43,686 bases of DNA from Octopus bimaculoides (GCF_001194135.2 NC_069000.1:34141930-34185615), one strand, 5' to 3'. Positions 1 to 10,220 are shown, counted from the stretch's first letter. Translations and numbers: made by a program. Notes: a model not told the origin generated them from the sequence alone.

Positions 1-100
1 GTGCTTTTTATGTGGCACCAGCACCAGTGCTTTTTATGTGGCACCAGCACTGGTACCAATTTTTCTGCAGTGGATGGGTCTTCTTGAGTACAGCCTTAAA

Positions 101-573
101 TTCACTTCAGATTTATTGTAAGATATACTTCCTAGCCTTTATCTCACAAAACAGTGAGACTATTTACCGATATCCAGGGATCGCTAACTTAGGACAAAGG
201 CCCATACTAGCTACAGTCAGCTGAAGTCCTTAGTCATCTCCTTTGTAGGGCTCAGTGTCTTGAGATCAGCTTTCAATACTTCGTCCCATGTATTCCTGGG
301 TCTCCCACTTCCACAAATTCCATCCATTTTAAGTAATCAGCACTTCTGTATAGTCAATACTAAACATTAGAATATGCTTAATCCATTTAAGGATTGGATA
401 GTGACCTTAATCATAACTTCAGAGTGACTGACAATGAGCCACATTGCAAGTTCAACTGACTTCAGCTGGCTGTAGCTAGTTTGGGCCTTTGTCCTAAGTT
501 AGAGATCCCTGGATATTGGTAAATAGTCTCACTAAAGGATAGGCAGTATATCTTACAATAAATCTGAAGTGAA
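101..573. repeat. Long inverted repeat: arms 101-228 and 458-573
   Basis: 153-228 matches revcomp of 458-533 (76 bp, 4 mismatches). 101-140 matches revcomp of 534-573 (40 bp, 2 mismatches). 12 extra nt in the left arm. Confidence 0.93.
229..330 (-). mobile_element. RTE-clade LINE C-terminal fragment, continuing at about 1-98
   Basis: Minus strand reads GICGSGRPRNTWDEVLKADLKTLSPTKEMTKD, similar to the RTE GRGRP..TWDEVV..DL motif. AVLKKT resumes at about 70-95. Confidence 0.8.
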
Positions 574-941
574 ACTTCTAGAATGGCTCAGCAATTTCTC
601 TGCAACTCCTGCAGCCAAACTAGAGTTCTGTCCTCTTTTGAACCACATCAATGAGGCCAAGAGGAGGTGGGTTCTAGCACCTGGGTAAACTCAGGATCTC
701 CGTACATCATGTAGAGGTTACTTCAGTGCCACTGTGAAAAGTGGGGACAGCAACCTGTGAGGTGGTTGTCTCATGTTGGGCTACAGCTCAAATCCTGACA
801 GAACAATGGCACAAAACAATGTTGTCTCTTGAGACAGAAATATTATAACTGTTTAATTTGTATTGTCTGATCTTACAAATTAACAGCAGCCATGTTTTTC
901 TTTCTTTATCCTTGTTTCCACAGAGACAGTATTAACATAAG

Positions 942-943
<2 letters not shown>

Positions 944-978
<35 letters not shown>
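944..978. repeat. (TA)n microsatellite
   Basis: Read directly. Similar tracts at about 4348-4390, 4793-4822, 12070-12102, 19709-19772, 22920-22955, 40913-40933, 43088-43144. Confidence 0.95.
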
Positions 979-981
<3 letters not shown>

Positions 982-1061
982 ACAATATTTGATGTATTAT
1001 TCTAACATCTCTCATATCTCAATACATGAAGAATATCTTTTAATTAATAGTATTAAAAGTG

Positions 1062-1510
1062 AGGTCATTCTTCACTCAGGATGCTGAACCTTTCAGGCGA
1101 GATGACAAAGAAAACCAAGATGCTTAGCATCTTGCTGTACTCAAGAAGACCTGAACTCAGCAGCAAAAGTGTTAAGACCAGTACCCCTGGTGGTGAGGAT
1201 TGACCTGTAAATGTCCTGGACTGGTGCCACGTAAAAAGCACTTGTGGCGGTTCCATGTAAAAGCACCCGTGCAGTGTCACATAAAAGTACCCATGTGGCA
1301 CCACATAAAAGCACTCTTGCAGCATCATGTAAAAGTGCTTATGCAGTGCAACATAAAAGCACCTGGCACATTTTGTAAAGTGGTTGGCATTAAGAAAAGC
1401 ATCCAGCTGTAGAAACCATGTCAAATTGAACTGGAGTCTGGTGCAGCTCCCCGGCTTGCCAGCTCTGGTTATACCATCCAACCCATGCCAGCATAGACAG
1501 CGGATGTTGG
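1062..1510 (+). mobile_element. RTE-type LINE 3' end and 3'UTR (abundant family with GTGGTTGGCATTAGGAAGGGCATCCAGCTGTAGAAA)
   Basis: Shares its 3'UTR with many copies in the window. Contains the AVLKKT-coding remnant and short TAAAAGCAC subrepeats. Confidence 0.8.
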
Positions 1511-1915
1511 TATTATTATCATTCCACCAGGGTCGACTTTGCCTTTCATCCTTTTGGGGTTGATAAAATAAATACCAGTTGAACACTGGAGTTGATTTAA
1601 TTGACTTAGCTCCTCCCCCAAACCTACTGGCCTTGTGCTGAAATTTGAAACCATTATTGTTATTGTTGTTTTTAGTGATGGCGATGGTAGTGGTAGTAGT
1701 CGTATATAGCTTTCAGTTAATCAAGTGAACACTTAACTTCAATAACTGTTGTGATGCACTTTACTGCTAATTCCATTCAAAAACAAAGATATGAATATCA
1801 CCGGCCCTTGTTTCCTGTTCCTCTGTGAATCTGTTAGTACTTTTTAATTTTTTTCATAAGTATTGAATTAAAAAGAGAAAATATTGTAAATGTTGCTCCC
1901 TCATTCTTTTTCCAG

Positions 1916-1965
1916 GGGTTTTCTGATGACAGAAACGATGACATTCTGACAGTCCGGCCATTGAA
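1916..1965 (+). CDS. CTU2: CTU2 internal exon (GFSDDRNDDILTVRPL-K); upstream exons lie outside the window
   Basis: Acceptor tttttccAG and donor GTAAGT. Peptide resembles the CTU2/NCS2 motif GFSDxRHGDVVVxRPMRD. 50 nt; the phase-2 end fits the next exon. Confidence 0.9.
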
Positions 1966-2259
1966 GTAAGTTGGTTTTTATGTTCCATTTTACATCCAGT
2001 TTTCCATACTTGTGTGGATTAAATTTCAGTTCTGTATTTCACAGCTCATGGCTTGAATGCCCTTCCTTCTACTAATCATTCAACTATAAAGTAGGAATGA
2101 ACCCCCACTTTTTTTCTTTTCAATCAGAAGAGATTTTTCCTCTTATCCTTTAGTCAGTAGCAAAAAGTGATATACCCTGAGGCAGCTGGGAAGAATTGTC
2201 CTTAAACTGAAGAGGTACCAGGATGCACACCACAGTGTGAACAAGGCTAAATGTACCCA

Positions 2260-3015
2260 AAGTTCTTGTTGATAACTCCTTAGCCATGTTCTCATTAGCT
2301 AACTGTGCTTCTACCATGGTATTCCTTCTACCACATCCAACGTACACAATTTTCTTCCATATAGGTGCCAGACACCTTTCAGTTATTTCACTTTTACAAG
2401 TTACAATTCTTTTTTATTTTAGGTTGTACGTTTTATAAACCACTGTTCTCGCAGCTATATTTTGTACAATTTCCTGGGTAGGAGGAGTAATTTCATATCA
2501 TTTCCGTTCTTTTTTATGAGATTTCTGTACTTAAACAATTCAGCCGTCATCACCTCTAGCATTACCATATTACTGCCTACGGCTGCCGGAAAACTGAGTT
2601 TTTCCCCAAACACTTGTTTTACATTATCAGATTCTCCGTTTGTTACTCCTTCCATTTCTGGGAAATCCTCCTTAGAGATTACGTTGAATTCCATAATGCA
2701 ACTTTATAGAAAAATAAATTCCTTAAAAAGGAATATACAAATGATAAAAATATTTTTGTCAAAAAATAATTTTTGCCAAAAAAAGATTTTTCTTTTTTGC
2801 CCTGCAAAGGGTAAGAGTTCAAATCACAAAAAGTCCAATAGAAGTTGTTTCCAACAATAAAACATTTCACAATTTTTCTGCCCCGCAGGGCAAAAATGAC
2901 AGTTCACAGGTTAACAGCAGTTCAAATTTCAACAGGTCCAACAAACAATACAATAACAAAGAAACAGACTAACAAATAGAACTCACAAACAAGCAGCAGC
3001 AGCAACCAAACAAGA
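2260..3015 (-). mobile_element. Gag/ORF1-like element, 5' half (putative 5'UTR plus decayed ORF MEFNVISKEDFP...YVGCGRR...AKELSTRTL)
   Basis: ORF remnants joined by a frameshift and a stop. Its end is homologous to 3870-3965 at an offset of 1605 bp. Confidence 0.65.
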
Positions 3016-3980
3016 TGTAGCTAAGAGATGACTCTTTATTATGACAATTATATATCATACACAGATGGGACGGCACAGGATGTTACAAACAAATAGTGCG
3101 TTTATAAGTTCTTTTTACAGTGGTTTTAAAAATATGATGATGAAATGTTATATTTACAATTTACAAATTTTACAAGTTTACCCTTGGCCATGAAGTCCAA
3201 TGGCTACACCATACTTTTCTATCATGGATGAGATTAAGCAGGGTTATTCATACCCAACTTCCTTGCCTCATCCTTCCATCTTGTGGAATGTAACCACAGT
3301 AAAGTCCTTTTCTTCTTCTGTTACTGGAGTTGTGTCTTCTGTTCTTTCTTGTACTCTTCCTTGTGTCTTTTTGTCTTTCCTTGAGTCTTTTTGTTTCTCT
3401 TCCTGTCTTTTCGTTTCTTCTACTGCTTTTTCTATCCTTGCCGTTTGTTTCTCTTTTTCTTCCTTTTCTTGCGATTCTCTTTGTTTTTTTTGAGGAGGGG
3501 CTTCACTCTTTTTTTCTTTCACTTTGCATTCAGAGCAGACGTGGCCCTTTTCGCCACACTTAAAGTAGAGTGGCTTATGCCCCTCAACTGCAATTCTCAC
3601 ACTCAGCCCCCTCCCCTATAAATACCCCATCGAGCAGCCTTTCCAATACTTCCGGGGAGACTTGAACCATGATCTCAAAGGTCTGTCCTTTCCAATTTTC
3701 GACCTCTTTCTTCTTCTGTAATATCTCCATTTTCTCCTCCATATCATAGGTAATGGCTGCTGCTATCCAGATTACCTCGTACCCCACTGGTATCTCCTCT
3801 ACTGTAACTTTTGCTGTTCTTCTACCCAAATACGTGGGTAGTAAGATTATCTCCTTGTTTTTTAAAGTCTTTGTAGATAACTCCTTCGCTGTGTTCTTGT
3901 TAGTGAACTGCACCTTGACCGTGGCATTCCTTGTACCACATCCAACATATACTTTTTACCATAAGAGAGATTTTTTTCCT
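3016..3980 (-). mobile_element. Gag/ORF1-like element, 3' half with a decayed CCHC zinc knuckle and Lys/Glu-rich tail
   Basis: ORFs 3584-3913 and 3268-3600 are frameshifted. YFKCGEKGHVCSEC is one transition (TAC/TGC) from C-X2-C-X4-H-X4-C. AATAAA at 3040-3035 on the - strand. Confidence 0.75.
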
Positions 3981-4347
3981 CTGCTGTAACTGCAGTGTAT
4001 TTGCCTTTAGCATCTGAGATATGGGACAAACATATTTCAAATAACCTAAATTCTGCTCATAAATATTTATGTATATCTTACTATTCTGTTATAGGTAGGA
4101 TCAACAAAAATGTAATCCATCCAGTGAGAGAGAAATATCATTTAATATTCAAAGAATTTTAAAAAGAGCTGCTAATAGTTTCATAATGTAGAGATACAAT
4201 AATTTGGCAGATTTATATAATGGTATGAATTGAGCCTGAAAAATTGCTTGAAGATACATGACACATTATATAAGTCTGCCAAACTATTGTATCTCTACAG
4301 CATGAAACTATTAATAGTTCTTTTTCAAGTTCTGTGTATGTTAAATG

Positions 4348-4381
<34 letters not shown>

Positions 4382-4424
4382 GTATATATATCATCATCAT
4401 CGTTTAACGTTCGCTATATATATA

Positions 4425-4609
4425 ACAAAAAAACAACAACGTGAGGACGTGATACAGATTGTGTTACTGGACACTCAGGAAAGGAAAGAAAGAGAATTTG
4501 ACATTTCGAGCGGAGCTCTTTATCGGAAACATAGGACAGTCCAAAGAAGGGAAGACGGAGGAAGAAAAAAAAAAATCGCTAATGATATCCACGAGGTTAC
4601 ATTGTGGAA
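4425..4609 (-). mobile_element. Repeat with a decayed Penelope-type hammerhead motif (4530 to 4496); runs into an N gap
   Basis: GTTT-CCGATAA-A-GAGC(TCC)GCTC-GAAA-TGTC-AAAT. Stem II is perfect; the core is two transitions from CTGATGA. Confidence 0.55.
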
Positions 4610-4780
4610 NNNNNNNNNNNNNNNNNNNNNNNNNNNNNNNNNNNNNNNNNNNNNNNNNNNNNNNNNNNNNNNNNNNNNNNNNNNNNNNNNNNNNNNNNNN
4701 NNNNNNNNNNNNNNNNNNNNNNNNNNNNNNNNNNNNNNNNNNNNNNNNNNNNNNNNNNNNNNNNNNNNNNNNNNNNNNNN
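4610..4780. other. Assembly gap (N run); others at 10555-10588, 16755-16764, 40577-40912
   Basis: N runs in the sequence. Confidence 1.
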
Positions 4781-4787
4781 CAATCAT

Positions 4788-4825
<38 letters not shown>

Positions 4826-5030
4826 AATCATCATTTAGTGTCTGTTTTCCATGCTGCCATAGATTGGATGTTTTGACATGCGCTAGCAAGGCCAGGGGCT
4901 GCACCAGATTCAATAGTCTGTTTTGGCTTGCTTTCTACTGCTGGATACCTTTCCTAACACCAATCACTTTACAGAGTGTACTGGGTGCTTTCTACGTGGC
5001 ACCATCACTGGTGCTTTTTACATTGAACCA
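4826..5030 (-). mobile_element. RTE 3'UTR-family copy with (ATG)n-type tail
   Basis: catcatttagtgtctgttttccatgct...ctggatacctttcctaacaccaatcac, the same family as 31018 and 40327. Confidence 0.75.
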
Positions 5031-5090
5031 GCAATATACACACACACACATATGTATATATATATATATATTTTTTTTTTTTTCATATAG

Positions 5091-5172
5091 AAACTTGACC
5101 AGTAAAGAGGTGGCCATGTATAACAACACCAATAACATTACACCTGTTGTATGCTATTCCTTGACCACTATG
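5091..5172 (+). CDS. CTU2: CTU2 exon (NLTSKEVAMYNNTNNITPVVCYSLTTM)
   Basis: Poly-T acceptor ...catatAG and donor GTAGGT. KEVAxYN motif of CTU2. 82 nt, phase-compatible. Confidence 0.92.
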
Positions 5173-6359
5173 GTAGGTTTGACACTTTTTTTTATGTGAA
5201 TATTTTTTAACTTTTCATTTTCTTAGTAGATTAACCATGTAAAGTTTTGTTTTGACTATAGTAATGCCCCAAGATTGAAATACATCTTTAGTTTGGTCAC
5301 CGTCACCAACAGAAACATAGTCAAACTTGATGATATGAACAACAACAACTACACCAACAACAGATATAGTTCCACGTTCAGTCCCACTTTGTGGAACCTT
5401 AAGCAAATGTCTTCTACCATAGCCCTGGGCCAATCAAAGCTTTGTGAGTGGATTTGGTAGACGGAAACTAAAGGAAGCCTGTTACATATCTATCCAACGA
5501 TCTGCAACAATAGAATTTAATGTGAAAATGCATTAGAGAAATGGTTAAAGATAAACATTAATCGATTATCAAAATGGCCATTTATTATATATCAATTATG
5601 TTGTTACAATGTTGAAGATGATATTATTATGCAAGTTTTACAATGTATAAGATATATACAGCTTTGTCGAGTTGTTTGTGTGTACACAGCTTCTTTTAAA
5701 TCTTCAGTCCATTCAGTATGATATTAGTTTCATCTTTGTGACTGCCAGGGAGAAAGAATAAAAGGAATGTATGCTGATAGATAGAGTGACTATTGTGTTC
5801 TTGCATTCATGACAGGACATACCTAAGGCGAGGAAGAGAACCATACTTATTGTTAGGTGCTGTATTACCAAGAGAGATCATAATATTTCCCCATGACCAG
5901 ACATGTTTTTCACGGAAGATTAGAAATGAAGAACACTGCTTGTGATGATGACACTAATCTACAACTATCACATGATGTCAAAGCAAGGAGACAGTAACAC
6001 ACACACATTCTGGTCTCTTTCAGTTTCTGTGTAACAATTCCTCTCACAAGGCTTTGGTTGGCCCAGAGCTGCTATAGTAGAAAACACTTGCCCAAGAACC
6101 ACACAGCCATGCCTGTGCCTATTATTATATTTGATGATGATGATGATTATATTTTTGAAAAGATAAAATCTTATTTATAGCATCTATGTGAATCTAGACC
6201 ATTTCACATTAAGAAAATTAAAACTTAGACATGTATATGGCTATTAATTATTAATTTACTGAAATGCTTTGTTTTGTTTTTTCTTTCCAAAAAATTAGCT
6301 TTATTTCCATCAGTTCTGAAACTAGGCTCAAACTCTCTCTCTTTGATTTTGCAACTTAG

Positions 6360-6451
6360 GATTCTTGTAATGCAAGTATTGAACGGCTGACAGAAAAGTT
6401 TGTCACCGAACTCCATGTTGAATATCCATCAACAGTCTGCAACATTACTCG
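6360..6451 (+). CDS. CTU2: CTU2 exon (DSCNASIERLTEKFVTELHVEYPSTVCNIT-R)
   Basis: Acceptor gcaacttAG and donor GTAAGT. Matches the SIxRLxExF..L...FPSTVSTVxRT motif. 92 nt. Confidence 0.93.
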
Positions 6452-6670
6452 GTAAGTCCAACTTTAAAACTAAAGACACTAATGTTTCAGTCAAGTACTG
6501 TATTATTAGACTTGATACTAAAATGATATTTGGAGATTAAATTAACAATTTCTATTATCTTGAAGTGTTGGTGCTGCATAAAAATGTCTTGTAGACCTGT
6601 TTCATTAATATCAGCATGGAAAAGTTGTCTTTAAAATGATGAGAATATTACCATCATACTACTCATAAGC

Positions 6671-6885
6671 TTAACCCTTTAGCATCCAGATTTCTCTGTC
6701 AAATGCATTATTTTGAATTAATCATATACTGTATTATAGCTTTGAGATTTCAATGATGTGATTGTTTAATTTTTAGAAGGACATTGTAGGGTAGGTGTGA
6801 GAAGACTGATCCGGTTAGTTTGAACACAATAAAACAGGTGGACTATTTGGGCTTGATATGATTGGTTTGAATGCTAAAGGGTTAA
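6671..6885. mobile_element. piggyBac-type MITE (TTAA-CCCTTTAGCAT...ATGCTAAAGGG-TTAA)
   Basis: 11-bp perfect TIRs flanked by TTAA on both sides. About 215 bp, non-coding, several homologous copies. Confidence 0.9.
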
Positions 6886-7634
6886 TGATGCTTTCTAACA
6901 TGAACTTAATGACTTCAATACTTTCATGATTTTGCTGGAAACCAGTTTTGCTATTATGTCTGTGGGACATGGTTGAACATTCCATTCACACTGGGATGTA
7001 CAACCTGTTACTCCCTGTACCTTCCCCTTTTTTTCATTGCTGAATTCCCTTTTACTTCCTCTTTGTTTCCTTGTTGAAGTGATTTTGGTGTTGCTGTTTC
7101 AGTGGTTGATTTTCGATTTCCTTCATATTTTGCTAAAGTGAAAAATCACCTTAATTTTGTGTTAATTCAATCTTTTACACTTTTTTTCCCCTCTTTTAAT
7201 CAATTTGTCTTTTTGTGCTCAAATAAAGGTAAATAGAAAAAAAAAGGAAGAAAAGAAGGATTAATTTTATCCAATATAAATCCTTTCTACACAATTTGTG
7301 TTGTTATGTTAATCTTAGAAATAAACAATTATTCATTATTTCTTGCTCTTCCAGATAAAACTTTTAAATATTCTTTAACTCATCTTCTGTGTAAAGAATA
7401 TTTTAAATTAAAATGTAACAAAAAGAGAACATTAGTTTAAGTGTTTATCCCTTTAACATTCAAACCAACCATACCCGGTCTAAATATTCTACTGTACACC
7501 CCAATCTGAATGGAGTGTTCAACCATGTCCCACAGACATAATAGCAAAGGAATTAAATAGCAAGAAATTCAAAACTTGTTTCCAGTAAAATCATAAAAGT
7601 ATTTAAGTCATTAAGTTCATGTTAGAAAGCATCA

Positions 7635-7854
7635 TTAACCCTTTAACATTCAAACCAGCCATACCAGACCCAAATAGTCTATCTGTTTTATGTTTAAACA
7701 GCCAGATCCAACTTCTCACACCTACTCTACAATGTCTGTCTAAAAATAATCACATCATTGAAATTTCAAAGCTATGCAATAGTGCACGATTAATTCAAAA
7801 TAATGTGAATAAATAAGCACTGCATTTGACAGAAATCTGAATGCTAAAGGCTTA
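7635..7854. mobile_element. piggyBac-type MITE, same family as 6671, opposite orientation
   Basis: TTAACCCTTTAACATT...AATGCTAAAGGCTTA. Internal sequence is the reverse complement of the 6671 copy. Confidence 0.85.
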
Positions 7855-8737
7855 TCTACTTGACTATTACTTAGTTTATTACTGGTTATGGTAGTCATTG
7901 AGAGATGAAAGGCAGAATTTATCTGAATGGATTTTAATCCAGGAGAGGGGCAGCAATAATTAAATACACTAAAGGATTCAGTTCAGCACTCAATGATTTC
8001 TGTGAAGGTACATGATCATAATGGTTAGGAGTGTTGCACTCACAATCATAAAATTGTGGTTTCAATTCCAGGCCTGAGTAGTGCATTATATTCTCGAGAA
8101 AAGCACTTCATTTCATGTTGCTCCAGTCATCTCCATTGTAAATGATTTCCAGCATTAGGTGGAAAGTTAAACCTGCAACAGACTGGCATCTTAATGTTGT
8201 CATCTCAGTCACCACAAAAACCAGATTAGACTCTGGCTTGTTGAGTCCTAGGGCTTATGACAAACTGAGGTCTAAATCAATGATTTCTACCTGACTTAGA
8301 TCAGAGAATTTAACTTGACATGGAAAGTTTGACTGAAGTCCAGTTTATTCAACTTTTATGGTAGAAGTTGTAACATCTGAAATGTTGTCACAAAAATAGA
8401 TTTTAATATTTTCATCTTATAAAAATGGTGAACCCAGTTTTGAATCCTACTTCAAACAATTTCACTTCAATTAAACTGTTTATGCATTTTAGATAAGCAT
8501 AAATATCACACAGTCATGTCTTCCACAAATCAGTAAAAAGAAATAATATAATATCTATATTTCATATCCAAGCTCTCATTTCTTGCTTCTTCAAAGATCT
8601 AAGGTGTTGTATCATTTTAAGATAAAATAAAACAGTAATTAAAACTCTTATCTATAAATCTGTTGTATTTTCTCTGTGTAAAAATTATTAATAATACCTA
8701 AATTGGTTTACATTCTATTACTCTTATATCACTTCAG

Positions 8738-8801
8738 GACAAGTGAAAAATTAGATGTACAACAAAATAATGAAATAAGGTCCAAGTGTACTCTTTGTAA
8801 G
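8738..8801 (+). CDS. CTU2: CTU2 exon (TSEKLDVQQNNEIRSKCTLCK)
   Basis: Acceptor cacttcAG and donor GTGAGT. RTSEKL plus the first CxxC. 64 nt. Confidence 0.92.
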
Positions 8802-9035
8802 GTGAGTACAATTTACGCTTTTGTTTAGATTTCAGTCTAGACTGAATTTGTATATTTCTATTCTGAAAATTGAAAATCCTTTAGATATCTTCTTGATTAT
8901 CTGTTAAACTTCTAAATCCTATATCCATCCATGTATCATGACTTCACAGTGCAGTTATTTTAGTTGACATTCATCAACTCAGGTGAATTCACTTACTAAA
9001 CAAGTACATCTCAATAATTATTTAACAGATACTAT

Positions 9036-9321
9036 TACATTATTTACATTTGACGGATATTTGTCCTCATCTTGTTTGTTGTTAACACGTTTCGGCTGAT
9101 ATACCCTCCAGCCTTCATCAGGTGTCTTGGGGAAATTTCAAACCTGGGTTCTCATTCCTAAGGTATTTTTTCGATGTTGTTGTTATCATTATTATTCAGG
9201 TCACTGCCTGGAATCGAACTCAGAATCTTGGAGTTAGTAGCCCGTGCTCTTAACCACTATGCCATATGCCCGTCAAATGTAAATAATGTACATAATTCCT
9301 CATCTCTTAAATATAGAACTG
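9036..9321 (-). mobile_element. tRNA-headed SINE with a hammerhead-bearing tail and an inverted tail copy (copy 1)
   Basis: A box TGGCATAGTGG (9264-9254) and B box GAGTTCGATTCC (9221-9210). (AAT)n spacer. Hammerhead core at 9126-9084. 21-bp perfect inverted repeat 9036-9056/9270-9290. Confidence 0.85.
9084..9126 (-). ncRNA. Minimal type-I hammerhead ribozyme motif, probably inactive in this copy
   Basis: GACAC-CTGATGA-A-GGCTG(GAGGGTATAT)CAGCC-GAAA-CGTGTT. Three nt are missing at the cleavage site relative to the 14800 copy. Confidence 0.65.
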
Positions 9322-9679
9322 TAGATGCTATTACATCTCTGTTTGAATGGAATAAGTAATGGAAATATTGCCAATTGAAGGAATTTTACAATTCCAGCCC
9401 ATGGCATACAAGACTTTTGAAAAAGCTGTTTTGCTAACAATGGAGTTCTTAACGTCTTTGACCTCTTGACTGACAAAAGCCTAAGGTGAGGCTCAGGAGG
9501 GCACATGGCTGTTCCTGTATCTTGTTCTCTTGGTCACTTGCAGTAATGCTGCAAGTGTCTTTCATTGCTTCTGTGGATCAAAGAAAATTCTAAAGATAGA
9601 AAGTAAACAGAAAATTGAAGCCAAATTTATCCCTGGATTATCTTTGGATTGTCTGTGTCTGAAAAAAAAAAACGGTCTT

Positions 9680-10065
9680 AATAAACTATAAAACTTTGAG
9701 GTTAAGAAGTTTACTGCATGGGCATGGGGTTCAGTGGGTTCAGTCCCAATGCACAGCACCTTAGATGAATGTCTCCTCCTATAACTCCAGGCCAACCAAT
9801 GCCTTGGGAATGAGTTTGATGGAGGAAACTGTGCAGAAGCCCACTATCTGTGCATGTGTTTCAGCCCATAACAGTTGCTCAGCAAAAAAAAACAATGTGT
9901 GTTTATGTCCCTGTAATTTAGTAGTTCAGCAAAAAGGCTTGATAAAATAAGTACCAGGCTTTACAAAAACGTATTGGGGTTGATTCATTTGACTAAAAAT
10001 AATTCTTCAAAGCAGTGCCCCAGCATGGCCGCAGTCTAACGACAGAAACAAGTAAAAAAATAAAA
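9680..10065 (+). mobile_element. tRNA-derived SINE (abundant family; also about 15450, 21786, 22800-, 23555, 28285, 34965, 37815)
   Basis: GGTTAAGAAG...GGGTTCAGTCCCA head, ctactatagc...ccaaagccttgtgagtggatttggtagacggaaac body and gactgaaacaagtaaaa tail recur across the window. Confidence 0.8.
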
Positions 10066-10220
10066 GATAAATATTGTAAATATGTATACTGCTGGATGAA
10101 AATGTTACAGATATTCTGATAATTGATGAAATGTATTGATATTCTATAATTTTTTCTTCTCTTAACAATCTTGTGCTTAATTGATTTACTTGATTATTTC
10201 TCTGTTTTTTTTTGTTACAG

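Noticed and set aside
1200-1370. Short spaced repeats (TAAAAGCAC) resembling a CRISPR array
   Set aside because: Eukaryotic context, irregular spacing, related spacers and no cas genes. It is an internal module of the RTE 3'UTR family.
1065-1586. 173-aa minus-strand ORF and overlapping ORFs
   Set aside because: They lie in RTE 3'UTR and SINE repeats; the FYV-type periodicity comes from TAAAAGCAC subrepeats.
1923-1938. CTGATGA...GAAAC inside a CTU2 exon resembling a hammerhead core
   Set aside because: Only 2 nt separate the core from GAAA, so there is no stem II. It is explained by the codons S-D-D-R-N.
3200-3621. Plus-strand Phe/Leu/Ser-rich membrane-like ORFs
   Set aside because: Antisense shadows of the Lys/Glu-rich gag-like ORF.
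4230-4838. Long ORFs spanning N runs (also 40397-41022)
   Set aside because: Artefacts of X translation through gaps and microsatellites.
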